A DNA stretch of 64,000 bases from a virus (lineage: Duplodnaviria > Heunggongvirae > Uroviricota > Caudoviricetes): positions 64,001 through 128,000 of IMG/VR virus record IMGVR_UViG_3300012007_000008. The stretch is one strand, 5' to 3'. The notes beneath the pieces were generated by a model that ran no database searches, was not told the origin of the DNA, and was given only the letters and a program-made list of their open reading frames with translations. Numbering within the stretch: the first letter of the stretch is position 1; each line of letters starts with the position of its first letter. A program made the position numbers and the translations under genes. Of the stretch, positions 9,338 through 23,711 are shown piece after piece.

Positions 9338-11212
9338 TTAAACTTCATTAAACTAATACGCCATAAGCGTTCCGTTGTCTGCCAGTGATGCCGAAGTATG
9401 GTAGAGTTCGAGGACGTCGTCGGGGGAGAGGGCGGTGGCGTAGATTCTGAAGTCAGAATAGTCGTTATTGTTTCTTCGCCAAGCGCCTCCAGCTTTTGAA
9501 AACCCGAGAATGACTGATGTGAAACTTGCTAAAGCCGTTGCTGATGAAAAAGATACGGTATTTTGTAAGACGCCGTTTCTATAAGACTTGGCGTTTTGCC
9601 CGTCATAAGAAAATACGTAGTGGCACCAAGTGTTTTGGAGGAAGGTTATCAGCAACCTTAAATGAGTGTTTGCGGAGGAATTATTAATGTCCACACCGCT
9701 ATCCCGATGATTCATAGCCGACGTTTGATAATCACTTCCTGTATTATCTCCTGTATTATTTGTTGTACAGAATTGTCCTTGGACTGTTGTTGCACCACCA
9801 TACCCTTCCGGCCTCGCGTAGCACCAGAAAGCTATAGTTAACTGATCAGGAGTAGTTAGAGCAACGTTTCCGCGAATATATGCCGTTCCCGCCTTCTGAC
9901 TAACGGTTGAATTGGCACTATGAACATTCGTTGCATAACTATAACGAGGAGAATTTTGAATAGTGCTGATCGAAGCCGTATCATCAACTTTATATAGTTC
10001 ACCGTTGTATCCGAAACCACTTGTGTCATAAATAGTAGTCCGATCTGTCAAAAACGGATCTGAACATATTTCTTTGCCATTTTCCAAATATGCTTCTGAG
10101 AAGTAAACCTTATATCCTGGTTTAACATAAAATCCGATTAAATCATTATTTCCATCCTGCATTACACCTTCTGCTTTACACCAATAGAATCCATTTCCAA
10201 GAGGGGTAATAGAAGTCCATGAGTTATTTGGAACACCACCGCTTCTATTATTCCATGTAGCGTAAACAACATCGTTCGTAATTTCTATTCCGTTCTCTTC
10301 TTTACAGATGCACTGAACGCTACGATAACCACCTCCATAATCAGGACTTTGATAAAGCAGATAATTATATGTTGCACCAGCACCATTAGCAACCCAATGG
10401 CAATATGTTTGATTTGGTCTAAATATATAATTCTTATCAGTTGACTGCCCATATGTTCCAATGTGACCAGATCCACCCCAATGATTCCAACCACCTCCGG
10501 CAACATTTGTATCAAACGTCGGATATGAATACGCGTTATTCATTGCTGTAATATTCTCATTCAACGGATAATGCAACACCAACCCTTTTGATATTTCCTT
10601 TACCTCACGAGGAGAGAGGGCGTGATCGTAGATGCGGAAGTCGTTAATGTACATCTTGGCATTATATGAGCCACCAGTACAACGACCTATGTATAATTTC
10701 GTATCTGTAGTGATGTTCCTTATTGACGGGACAGAAGATAATTCATAACGAGTACCGTTGATATAGAAACACCCTTTCTTTGTATCGTTGCTATCACGAA
10801 CCATTACCAGATGTATCCACTTGTCATACACAATACTATCTACGGCTGTAGCCATCCAAATTTCTGTAGCACCACTTCCATCTGCCGTACTCCACAAGAA
10901 TTTTTTTTGGCTGTAGTTCCAGTAGATGCCGAATCCAGATGACGCTGCCGCCGTAGTCTTACTAGTACAAATTGCATAATATGAACCACCTGTCATGGTT
11001 GGTATTTTTAACCACATTGAAATAGAAAAATCAGAAGTCCCGATAGCAGTAGAATATGTGGTAGCCATATAGTCATCACTGCCATCAAAATAATAGCACG
11101 ACCCGATCTTTCCAGATGTATTCACCGTAGCACCATTATTGGTGACAGTAACATCAGCTAACCCTTGTTGATTCAAATTCCCATTCAGCGGCAACCAAAT
11201 CTGAAGAGCCAT
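9338..11212 (-). CDS. Tail protein with two LamG/concanavalin-A-like domains
   Basis: WLPLNGN, W.H...V, INDFRIYDHALS and SDFRIYATALS motifs; TAG at 9353 followed by FNEV-TAA. Confidence 0.8.
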
Positions 11213-11214
11213 AC

Positions 11215-11322
11215 TCAACCACCCCCTTTCCGAATAGCGGAGGGATAGGGAACCCCCACAAATTCAACTGTCGTAAACACAGGTTTGCGAGAGTTCCCGT
11301 ATTTCATTTGTCCATTTTTCAT
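11215..11322 (-). CDS. Small 35-aa ORF
   Basis: AGGAGG plus ATG; its TGA abuts the LamG gene start. Confidence 0.4.
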   Translation of the reverse strand: MKNGQMKYGNSRKPVFTTVEFVGVPYPSAIRKGGG

Positions 11323-11340
11323 TTTTATCCCTCCTATTAA

Positions 11341-14300
11341 TTATGCAAATATGAAGTCCAGAGACTTTGTCGTACTATTATACTGCATCGTTACAGCACC
11401 TCCACCGACCTGAACGCTCTTAGTCGTCAGGACACCGCTCGTAGTATACACTTCGTTATCCGAATACGTCTTCTGAGCGGATGACGTCTGAGACGCAGCG
11501 CCGATCAGGAAAATCTTACTGGAAGTATCTGCCGACTGAGCAGTAAGTTCGGCACCGGCGGCGGCGTAAGCAGTAGATGCTGTGTACGCGGCACTTCCAA
11601 GACCCTTAACCGACACATTGGTTCCGGCAATTTTAACCTGACCATTGGAGTCGCCAGTAGCAAGAGTAATGTTATGAGTATGATCGCCCCTTGCGAAGTT
11701 TGCATTTGATCCCGCGCTTGCGGTAGTGGAAATAGCAGTGGGTGTTCCAGTGTATGCCGCATCCTTGGTTGCTGTGGTCGCCACAGTAATATTTCCTGAA
11801 GAATCAGATACAACTGTTACTAAACCAGTTCCCACGATCTTATGGGCTGATCTGACTGCGCTGTTCTCTATCAAATTCAGATAGACATTTCCATTGGTAG
11901 CCGCCGCGTTCGCCGTAGCGGTCGCAGATGCTCCAATGATATTTTTCGCAGTATGGTGCGTATCCGTAAATACGGCATCGGACGGAACCGTCTTATTTAA
12001 GCTATAAGTGCAAGCCGTGGGTTTCCCTCCTGAGAAGTATACGGGTTGAGTCGCAGATCCTGCCGTGGCGGTGTCTAGTTTGACTGCGCTGGTAGCCGAC
12101 CCTCCTGCCGAAGAAGAACCAGCGTATGAATGGGTATGACCCGCAGCAGCATAAGCAGTAGACGCGGTGTAAGCCGCACTCCCGAGCCCCTTAACTGCAA
12201 CCTCTTCAACCGTACCGTTCGTATTAACAGAGATCGTTCCGTTCGTACTTCCTGTATCGATAGATCTAACACCAGTATTAGTAACTGTATTGCCTGTGAT
12301 GTCGATGCCTGTTCCACCGGAGTATTTAGTGTCTGTATCCGTGGATGAAATGATGATGTTGCCGGATGTATCGGTCGTTACTGTTGTCGCACCAGACCCC
12401 GAGATTTTATGAGAAGATCTGACCGCGCTATTCTCTATTACGTTCAGGAATACTGATCCATTGGAGATGGCGGTTGTCGTCTGGGTTGTACCGTTTGCTG
12501 TACTGGTCGTAATAAGTTTCGCCTGATGATGGGTGTCCGTGAATACAGCGTTTGAAGGTACTGTCTTATTGAGTTCATAGGTACAAGCTATCGGTTTACC
12601 ACCGGAGAAGTAAATGGGCTTCGTAGCCGATCCCGCATCGGAATCTAACTTAACAGCGGAATTTGCCGAACCTCCAGCGGTAGAAGACCCCGCGTACTGA
12701 TGGGTATGAGTTGAGGGCGGGAAAGAGCTTGGCTTTCCTGTAATACCAGACCAAGGTGCAGAAGAAGCAGTCCCGGCCGTATATTCCCTATAACCAAGCT
12801 CATTATCCAGGTTTGCCGTATCAACAACCCTATACATAACGCCAGTGTCTTCAAGCTGTACAGTATCACCTAATTGGACATCAGAAGTGGTAAGCTTGTA
12901 CATCGCAGCCAGATTTGCGACCGAGATAAGCCTCTCAAGAGCGGCTACCGGGATTCTCGCAATGTCTAACACGCCAGAAGAAATTTCCGAAGCATCATGA
13001 CTATGCGTCTTAGGTGCAACAGGATCAGTAATCCCGTATCCAGCCAGTGTAGTCGGATGATTCGTAATATTTGACCACGGATGAGTATGGCTTGAAGCAG
13101 CCGCGCCAATAGAGGCGGGCGTGATATTGATCTCTACCGCTTCGCTACCATTATAATCGTCAAGCTTTGTCCCATTCCCTTTGATCGTCAGTGTATAGGG
13201 GTTAGGAAGGTTAGTATACTTCGTATCCACTGCCGAAATGACAATATTACCGGACGCGTCTGTCATAACGGATACATTATCACCGCCTGAAATTTTATGA
13301 GAAGATCTGATAGCGTTATTCTCTATTACATTAAGGAACACTGATCCGTTAGAAAGTGCTGTCGTAGTTTGAGTCGCGCTACTCGCGGTATTAGTCGTGA
13401 TGAGCTTCGCCGTATGGTGAGTATCCGTGAATACAGCGTTAGAAGGGACTGTTTTATTCAGCGAATAGGTACAAGCTTCAGGTTTCCCGCCAGTGAAGTA
13501 TACAGGTTGAGTTGCAGAGCCAGCCGTAGTAGTGTCTAACTTAACAGCCGATGTTGCTGATCCGCCAACTGTTGAAGATCCTGCATATTTATGGGTATGA
13601 TCCGCCGTTGCATAATCGGAAGAGTCGGTATATGCCGCAGATCCAAGGCCATAGACGGATACGTTCGCTTCCGTTCCGTTGGTATTGACTTTAATCGTGC
13701 CGTTAGTTGTTCCCGTGGCAATCGCCCGAACGCCGGAGTTTGTGAAGTTCGTTCCCGTCAGCGTAATACCGTTAGAACCGGTATATTTCGTATCTGTGTT
13801 TGTGGATGAAATAATAATATTACCGGACGCATTCGTTGTTACAGTAGTCGCACCGGATCCGGTAATCTGATGCGTGGAACGAACAGAACCGTTTTCTATC
13901 AGATTCAAGAATACTTCACCGTTGGAAAGAACTTCAGATGTATCAGCGGTACCGCTATCAGAATCAGTAACTACATTCTTCGCTGTGTGATGCGTATCTG
14001 TAAATACGGCATCAGAAGGTACTGTTTTGTTCAGGGAATAAGTACATGCTACTGGTTTTCCACCTGAGAAGTATACAGGTTGGGTAGCTGTCCCGGCCGT
14101 GGTGGTATCCAGTTTAACAGCGCTGGTAGCCGACCCTCCTGAAGATGAAGCGCCAGCGTATGAGTGAGTATGGCTTGCCGTTGCATAAGCAGAAGAGTTT
14201 GTATAGGCCGCGCTCCCGAGTCCTTTCACAGCGATATCTTCAACAGTACCATTCGTATTGACAGAAATTGTACCGTTTGTGCTTCCTGTGTCGATAGCCC

Positions 14301-17300
14301 TGACGCCTGTATTGGTGACTGTAGTACCCGTAATATTGATTCCTGTCCCGGCCGAGTATTTTGTATCTGAATCGGTGGATGAGATTACAATATTGCCGGA
14401 TGCATCTGTGGTTACAGTTGTTGCGCCTGACCCTGAAATCTTATGTGATGACCTGACCGCATTATTCTCTATTACATTAAGGAATACCGAACCGTTAGAG
14501 AGGGCAGTTGAAGTCTGAGTCGTCCCAGATGCCGTATTAGCCGTGATAACTTTTGCTTGATGGTGTGTATCAGTAAACACGGCGTTCGAAGGAACCGTCT
14601 TGTTAAGCTCGTAAGTACAGGCTTCAGGTTTTCCTCCTGTGAAATACACCGGCTGAGTTGCAGAACCGGCTGTTGTCGTATCCAGTTTGACCGCGGATGT
14701 CGCTGAGCCTCCCGAAGATGCGGAACCTGCATACGAGTGTGTGTGTCCTGCCGTTGCGTAAGCAGAGGAATCTGTATAAGCGGCACTTCCGAGTCCCTTT
14801 ACGGCGACGTTTTCAGTTGTTCCATTCGTATTGACAGAGACTGTCCCGTTTTTGCTTCCTGTAGAAACAGCCCGAACACCAGTATTAGTAACCGTTGTAC
14901 CCGTAATATCGATCCCTGTTCCGGCTGAATACTTAGTATCCGAATCCGTTGATGAGATTACGATATTACCAGATGCGTCGGTGGTGACTGTTGTCGCACC
15001 GGATCCTGAGATCTTATGCGCAGACCTGACCGTACCATCCTCTATCAGGTTCAGGAATACTGAGCCGTTGCTAAGTGCCTCGTCTGTATCTACTACATCC
15101 GTATTAGCCCCGGTGACCACATTCTTTGCAGTGTAATGAGTGTCCGTAAACACAGCATTGGCAGGAACTGTAGCATTCAGATAGTAAGTAGTGGCTACAG
15201 GTTTTCCTCCTGAGAAATAGACTGGCTGGGTCTCGGAACCGGCAGAAGAGGTGTCTAACTTAACAGCAGACGTAGCTGATCCACCAGCGGTCGAAGATCC
15301 TGCATATTTATGAGTGTGATCTGATTTTGAGAAATATGTATCTGCTTTGTAGGCAGCGGTTCCTAATCCGTGAACGGATACACTGGCAACCGTTCCTCCG
15401 GTATTAACGGAGATCGCGCCATTAGTGCTACCCTATGCAATAGAAAGCACGCCGGTATTGCTGAATTCAGTTCCTGTGAGTTCAAGTCCCGTTCCGGCTG
15501 TATATTTTGTATCGTTGTCTGTCGAAGAAATGATAATATTGCCTGACGTGTCTGTTTTAACTGTTGTAGCGCCGGATCCGCTTATTTTGTGACTCGAACG
15601 TACTGTTCCGTTCTCTACCAGATTCAGATAAACGTTTCCATTAGCTAGAGCAGTACTTGTATTTGAAGTCGCAGTTGTTCCACCCACAACGTTCTTCGCC
15701 TGATGATGCGTATCTGTAAACACAGCATTTGCTGGGACGGAAGCACCTAATGAATAGGTAGTAGCTACCGGTTTGCCTCCTGAGAAATACACGGGTTGCG
15801 TCGTTGATCCGGCATCAGAGTCCAGCTTAACAGCTGAATTTGCTGAACCTCCGGCAGTGGATGATCCTGCATATTGATGAGTATGAGCCGAAGGCGGGAA
15901 AGTACTCGGTTTTCCGGTGATCCCAGACCAAGGCGCGGACGAAGCCGTACCGGCAGTGTATTCTTTATAGCCCAACTCATTGTTCAGGTTGTTTGTATCT
16001 ACAACCCTATACATGACACCAGTATCCTCAAGCTGTACGGTATCACCCAACTGAACTTCAGAAGTAGTAAGTCTATACATTGCAGCTAGATTCGCTACGG
16101 AAATAAGCCTTTCAAGTGCAGCCACAGGGATTCTTGCGATATCGAATACTCCAGACTGGATTTCAGAGGCGTCGTGAATATGTGTCTTTGATGCGAGTTG
16201 ATCAGTAATCCCGTACCCGGCTAATGTCGTCGGATGGTTCGTAATATCTGCCCAAGGATGAGTGTGGCTCGAAGCGGCGGCCCCTATATTGGAAGGTGTG
16301 ATATTGATTTCTACCGCTTCCGTACCGTTGTAATCATCAAGCTTTGTTCCGTTTCCTTTAATCGTCAACGCATAAGGATTGGGTAAGGAGGTATACTTTG
16401 TGTCTGTTGCTGAAATAACAATATTGCCAGAAGCGTCTGTTGTAACCGACGCGTTGTCTCCTCCCGAAATTTTGTGAGAAGACCTGACGGTATTGTTTTC
16501 TATCACGTTCAAGAATACCTACCCGTTAGAAAGTGCACTGGAAGCCTGGGTTTTACCACTTGCCGAATTGGTCGTGATAACTTTTGCGGTGTGGTGCGTA
16601 TCGGTGAACACTGCGTTAGAAGGAACAGACTTCTAAATAGAATAACTTATTGCCGTAGGTTTGCCGTTCGTAAAGTATACCGGCGTAGTTGCAGATCCGG
16701 CAGACTCGGTGTCCAGCTTGGCTGCTGAAGTAGCGGAGCCTCCTGAAGTAGATGCTCCGGCATATGGATGCGTATGATCAGCTTCTGCTTTCTCCGCAAG
16801 GGCATCATACACGCCTCCGGATGTGACCATCTTAGTCGAATTCTCTATTGGCGAAGAATCCACGGATGAGTTTCCGGTACCGCCATGAGCGACATCTATT
16901 ACCCCGACATCTACCGCTTTGGAGCCATTATATGTCTTTCCGTTGATAGATAGGCTATACGGGTTCGGAAGGGATGTGTACTTGGTATCTTCAGACGTGA
17001 CAATGATATTTCCTGAAGAATCCGTTGTTACGGTAGTCGCACCTGACCCTGAGATAGTATGTGACGAAACGACCGCGCCATTTTCTACGTGGTTGACAAA
17101 CACATGCGTATTCGCCAGTGCTGTAGAAGTGTCTACGGTAGCTTCGTTTGTACCGCCGACAATTGTCTTACTGGCATAATGAGTATCAGTAAATACAGCG
17201 TTAGCAGGTACGGAAGCCTCAAGAGTATATGATGTAGCCGTTGGTTTTCCACCGGAGAAGTATACGGGCTGAGTGAGTGATCCCGCGTTTGAATCAAGTT

Positions 17301-20300
17301 TGACAGCTGACGTAGCGGAGCCACCTGAAGTAGAGGAACCGGCATACAGATGTGTATGGCCATTGTCTGATTTTCCTTCAAGAGCTGTGTACACACCACC
17401 AGACGTAACCATCTTGGTAGAATTGTTGGTCGGCGCGGAATCTACGGAAGAATTACCTGTTCCACCGTGAGCGACATCGATCACCCCAACGTCCACGGAC
17501 TCAGAGCCATCATACGACTTTCCGTTAATAGATAAAGCATGCGGATTGGGAAGCGCTGTGTATTTGGTATCTTCGGCATTGATCAGGATGTTTCCTGAAG
17601 CATCTGTGGTTACGGTAGCCGAACCGGTACCTGAGATGCTATGAGACGCAACTACCTCACCGTTCTCTACGTGATTGACGAAGACGTGAGTGTTCGTTAA
17701 TCCTATAGATGTATCAGTAACAGCATCATTCGTGCCGCCAACGACTGTCTTACTCTCATAATGAGTATCGGTGAACTTGGCATTAGCCGGAACCGAAGCT
17801 TCGAGAGTGTGAGTTGTAGGCGTAGGCTTTCCGCCTGAGAAATAAATCGGTTGTGTTGTCGATCCTGCGTCAGAATCAAGTTTCACGGCTGAATTAGCTG
17901 AACCACCGGCGGTAGAAGAACCTGCATACTGGTGAGTATGGGCTGAAGGCGTGAAAGTCTCAGGTTTCCCCGTAATACCTTGCCACGGAACACTGGAAGC
18001 AGCACCGGCCACATATTCCCTGTAACCCGCCGCGTTATCGAGATTCTATATGTCGATTACACGATACATCACTCCTGTATCTTCGCGTTGGACAGTATCC
18101 CCTAACTGGACATCGTTCACCGTCAGGGTATACATTGCCGCCTCGTCTGCGACAGGAATGAGACGTTCAAGAGCTGCCACCGGAATCCGGGCAATGTCTA
18201 ACACGCCAGAGGAAATCTCTGAAGCATCATGCCCATGTGTCTTAGGTGCGAGAGAATCCGTGATTCCATATCCAGCCAACGTCGTCGGGTGATTTGTGAT
18301 ATCGGCCCATGCGTGATTATGGCTTGTCGCTGCTGCACCGATGTTTGAAGGAGTGATATTGACCTCAACCGCTTCGGTTCCGTCATAATCATCAAGTTTT
18401 GTTCCATTGCCTTTGATGGTCAAAGCGTGAGGATTCGGTAAAGCCGTATATTTTGTATCAGAAGCTGTAATAACAATGTTTCCAGAAGTATCGGTTGTCA
18501 CGGAAACAGCATCGCTTCCGGTAATTCTATGTGAAGACCGGACATCTCCGTTCTCTACTAAGTTTAAGAACACTGATCCGTTTGCCAGATTTGCGTCTGT
18601 GTTTGAAGTGGCTGTTTTGCTCGCACCCACAATATTCTTTGCCTGATGATGAGTATCAGTAAAAACGGCATTGGCAGGAACTGATGACTCAAGTGTATGG
18701 GTTGTAGCGGTAGGTTTCCCTCCGGAGAAGTATATAGGTTGAGTGATGGATCCTGCGTTTGAGTCTAATTTTACAGCTGAGGTAGCAGAACCACCCGGCG
18801 TAGAGGATCCGGCATAAGAGTGAGTATGCTCCGCATCCGCCTTTCCTTCGAGAGCAGTATATACGCCACCAGATGTAACCATCTTAGTCGAATCTTCCGT
18901 CGGGGCTGTATCTACGGATGAGTTTCCTGTCCCGCCGTGGGCGACATCAATTACTCCAACATCTACGGCTTCAGAACCATCGTACGTTTTGCCGTTGACA
19001 GATAAACTGTGCGGATTCGGAAGCGCCGTGTACTTAGTGTCTTCAGCATTGACCAGGATGTTTCCTGAAGCGTCTGTAGTCACAGTCGCAGAGCCGGTAC
19101 CGGAAATACGATGAGAAGAAACGACTTCGCCGTTTTCTACGTGGTTAACGAATACGTGCGTGTTTGTTAATCCTGTAGACGTGCCTTCAGTAGCATCGTT
19201 CGTACCACCGATGACCGTCTTACTGGCGTAATGCGTGTCTGTGAAAACAGCATTAGCCGGGACTGAGGCTTCAAGAGTATGAGTTGTCGCCGTAGGCTTA
19301 CCGCCCGTAAAGTATACAGGCTGGGTTGCCGATCCTGCGTTAGAATCAAGCTTAACAGCCGACGTCGCCGAGCCTCCAGCTGTAGAGGAACCCGCATACG
19401 GGTGAGTATGACTCGCATCGGCCTTCCCCTAAAGAGCAGTATAAACAGCCCCTGAAGGAAGGAATTTAGTGGAGTTTTCTATAGGTTCAGTGTCGGCCAC
19501 AGAATTCCCGGTACCACCATGCGCCACGTCAATGACACCTACATCTACAGCCGCGCTTCCGTCATAGGTCTTGCCGTTGATGGTCAAACCGAACGGATTG
19601 GGCAATGCCGTATATTTGGTGGATTCAGCGTTGATAATGATATTGCCTGAAGAATCTGTCCTTACCGTCGCGTCGCCAGAACCGGTTATCCTATGGGAAG
19701 ACCTAACTTCACCATTCTCAACATGGTTCAGGAATACAGCTCCGTTCGCAATAGTGAAATCAGCATCTGTAGTCCCTGTGGAAGAGTTCGTCACAGCCAT
19801 CCTGCTCGTATGATGAGTATCCGTGAATACCGCATTCGCGGGAACACTGGCGTTTACTTCATAATCAGTCGCAACGGGTTTTCCTTGTGAGAAATAAACC
19901 GGCTGTGTAGCGGAACCGGCGTTACTGTTTAGTCTCTCAGCAGAATTAGCCGATCCACCTGAAGTAGATGATCCCGCATACTGGTGGGTATGATTCACCG
20001 CAGCTTTACCTTCAAGGGCTGCATAAACACCGCCGGATGTCACCATCCTGGATGATTCCTGAGTAGGAGCGGTATCTACAGCAGAACTGCCAGTACCGCC
20101 GTGTGCAACATCAATTACCCCTACATCTATAGCCTGAGAACCGTCATAGATGTACCCATTGACGCTCAAGGCGTGAGGATTAGGAAGTGTTGTATATTCT
20201 GATACCGTGCCGTTGATAATCAGGTCACCCTGATCATCATAAGTAACAGTTACTGAGCCAGTTCCTTCGATCCTATGCGAAGCTTTCACCTCACCGTTCT

Positions 20301-23223
20301 CGATATGGTTGATAAAGACGTTTCCGTTACTGATCGCCCTGTTCGAGTTGGTCGTTGAATCTTCCGCGCTGTTGATGACAGTAGTAGAAGAGTAGTGTGT
20401 ATCTGTAAATTCCGCATTGGCTGGAACCGTCTTATTCAGCTGATAATCAAGCGCAACCGGCTTTCCTTCGTAGAAGTATACCGGGGTCACCGATGATCCT
20501 GCGGATGAGGTCTCCAGTCGTACAGCTGAATTTGCCGCGCCGCCTATTGTCTGTGAACCGGCGTACTGATGGGTGTGGTTTACTTCCGCGTTCAGAGTAA
20601 CATTCTCTGAGCCATCAAAATCAGCGCTTCCGGTTACCGCGCCGGACAAAGTGATCGTCCTTGCCGTTGAAAGTTTATCGGCCTTGGCAACTGTCGCTGT
20701 AGTGATATCTGAAATGTCTGAAATAGTATGTGTATGTTCGCTGGCCGGGAATGATTCAGGTTTGCCTGTAATTCCAGACCAGGGGACAGAAGAAGCCGCA
20801 CCGGCCACGTATTCTTTGTAGCCAGAAGGCTTGTCCAGATTGTTTTCGTCTACGACACGGTACATAACGCCTGTGTCTTCCTGTTGTACTGTATCCCCGT
20901 TTTGGACCTGAGCCTTAGTAAGCGCATATCTCTCTGTTTCATTCGCAACGGGGACAAGTTTCTCTAATGCACCGGCGGGAAGCCTCGCAATATCTATTGT
21001 ACCGGAAGTGATTTCAGACGCATCATGTCCATGAGTAGCACTCGCCGCATCTGTGATTCCGTATCCGGCGATAGTGGTCGGCTTATTCTGAAGTTCAGAG
21101 AAGGAATGTTTGTGCCCTGCCGTAGCATAGTCGCTTGAATCTGTATAGGCGGCTGATTTAAGACCGTGAACCGGAATGTCCCTAGCTGTTCCGTCGATGT
21201 TGGCCGTAATGTTTCCGCGTTCAGTGCTCTCTGAAATAGAACGTACCCCGGCGTTAGATATTGTATCGTTAGAGATAGAAATTCCAGAACCCGCCGTGTA
21301 AGTTTTTTCGGTTGCATTAATTATCAGGTTACCGTGTTCATCAGCCGTAACAGTAGTAGCCCCTGTTCCGGTGATCTTACGGGACGATGTGATCACACCA
21401 TTCTCAATATGGTTGAGATAAACATTTCCGTTAGACAATGATACGGCTGTGTCTTCTTTTGCATTGAAACCACCAGCCACAACGATCTTCGAAGCATAAT
21501 GGGTATCTGTAAATACCGCATTTGCCGGAACGGTCGTGTTAAGCTGATGTGTGGTCGCTACAGGTACCCCATTCAAGAAGTATACCGGTTGAGTAGCGGA
21601 TCCCGCGTCTGTTGTAAGGGCAGAGGCCGAATCAGCATTGCCTTTCAGGGCACCTTGGAAATTCCCTACCTTCAAGGTGTCTTTTACCGGATTAAACTGA
21701 ATTCCGGAATTATGAACGGGTTTTTCTGGTGTAAGAGGATCGCTGAACCAGACATCAGAATACGTGTCCGTATTGCTTGTGGCGAAGTCAGCAATAGATT
21801 TTGCCGTATTTGCCGCAAGATTTTGAATATCTAAATCCGTAATATCAGATACGGTGTGTGTGTGGTTCTTCTCAGCTGCATCAAGATCAGTGATTTCAAG
21901 AGCAATGTTCTGGCGACCGTCATAAACCTTCGGGGCTGCGGTAGCCTTACCGGTGACTTCAATAGTTCTTTCCCTAGCGAACTGAGTAGCCGTAGCCGCG
22001 TTCCCCGTGATGTCGATATCCGCCGTCCCAGAAAGAAGACTGGTATCAAGTGCGGTCACCACAAGAACGACATTCCCTGTTCCGTCAAAAGATACGCCCT
22101 GTGCGGTTGCACCTCCTGAAATGGAGAAGAACCTGGGTGTCTTCAGTTGTTCGGCATCGTGAACAGAAGCATCAGCTATATCCGTGATATCAGAGATTTC
22201 GTGTGTGTGAGAAGACGGTGTATAAGTCTCGGGCTTATCCTCAATGCCGCTCCACGGAACAGCCGAAGCTCTTCCGGCAGTATATTCTTTATACCCCGCT
22301 GCCCTGTTGAGCTGCGTGTCATCTACAACACGGTACATTACGCCAGTGTCTAGCTGTTGTACGGTGTCGCCGTTTTGAACCTGATCTCTCGTAAGAGCAT
22401 ATCTCTGGATCCTGTTATCAACAGTGATCAGCCGATCAAGAGCACCGGCCGGGAGCCTTGCTATATCAATAGTACCCGATGTTATCTCAGAAGCATCGTG
22501 TGTATGCTCCGAGACCATCAGTTTTTCAGACGTGCCATCCGGCCTTACAAGGAATGTTTCGCCATCGGATTCGAGGATCGCATTGAAGTAAGTCTCACCA
22601 AAGACATTTCCTTCAGAATCCTGGACAGCGGAAAGGACGTTTTTATCCGCGTCGTGGGTATTGTCAACATTTCCTAATCCTATATTCTCAGGGGTAATGT
22701 TGACATCGCCCTTACGATAGACGGACTCCGCAGCACCTTTAACACCTGTCACGGCGTTCAGGATGATTGCCTCGATCGCCTGTCTGATTTCTGAGTCATC
22801 ATAGTTGTCCACATGACTCAGTCTTTCTTTTTCTATATCAGAAATAAGGCCGTAGCCTTCCTGTTGTTCTACATAATCCCCTTTTGCTTGAATCCCAAGT
22901 TCATCAAGGGTTTTGTTCCCATCGAGTTCTACGTCGTTAATGCTCGGTTTATTGTCAAGGACTGAATAATTAGTCATGAGCTTGTCGATCTGTACAAGGG
23001 TCGTCCATTCTTCATCGGATTCGTACTTATAGTAAATTGTCAAACCATCGGACATAAACTATATGTGTTCACCTCTTAGAGATTGCAACCACTATGTTTG
23101 CGTCCCTTCGAAGCCGTTAGCAACAGCTATCTCATACGCGGAAAGACCTTGAAGAACTTTCTGAGAAATGACCCCAGAGATATTGATACTGCGCGGGGAC
23201 ATCGTTCCTTTTATATTATCCAT
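11341..23223 (-). CDS. Giant repeat tail fibre protein (~3960 aa, 7 TAG seen)
   Basis: Five ORF-track fragments share one frame and are separated only by TAG (23092, 23059, 19429, 18046, 16633, ~16520, 15433); N-terminal G.SAYE.A...GF.GT..EWL.SL motif; TAA at 11341. Confidence 0.9.
11900..21700 (-). repeat. About 15 copies of a ~190-aa fibre repeat
   Basis: Unit HTH.YAGSS..GGSA.SA.KLD..AGS.TQPVYF..GKP....L...VP.NAVFTDTH...NG.V.LN..EN..V.SSH.I.G recurring at ~570-590 bp spacing, longer where extra modules are inserted. Confidence 0.9.
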
Positions 23224-23237
23224 AGGTTATCCCCCTT

Positions 23238-23654
23238 TCATTCTTCAGAACCAGTATCTAGGTCGTAATAGATTTCCATATCGAGTATCAAGAGACCGCT
23301 CAGATACGTACAATGAAAGTTTGGTATCTCAGGGTCATTTGAAGGGATATTGACGGATAACTACCAGTAATACTTATCGTTCGTGAGAGGAAGATTCCTG
23401 GTGTCCGTTGATTTCAGCCGAAGAACCATATCTTTTTCACAATGGACAAAGAATAAGTTCCCCTCGTCGTCTTTGTTCTCTTTAACGGCAAACACTACGC
23501 TGTCACCGTTTTCAAGATCGGGTGTGTACTCATAAGTCTCACCGGTCTCATCGTCGGTCATGAGCACAGTAAGACTTAATGAAGGCGTATCTCCCCTATT
23601 CATTCGCAAAGTGCCCATTTTTTTACTCTCGTTGTAAGTGTAGCTCCAAGCCAT
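23238..23654 (-). CDS. Baseplate-associated protein, BppU N-terminal-like
   Basis: MNRGDT.SL.L pattern; one TAG at 23361; TGA at 23238. Confidence 0.65.
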
Positions 23655-23681
23655 TATCTCACCTCCTTATAATAAGGAAGA

Positions 23682-23705
23682 GAGAGCTGCCGGAGCAGCC
23701 CCCTC
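23682..23705 (-). terminator. Possible stem-loop after the large tail gene
   Basis: GCTGC-tccg-GCAGC stem with G-U extension; weak U tract. Confidence 0.35.
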
Positions 23706-23711
23706 AAATCA

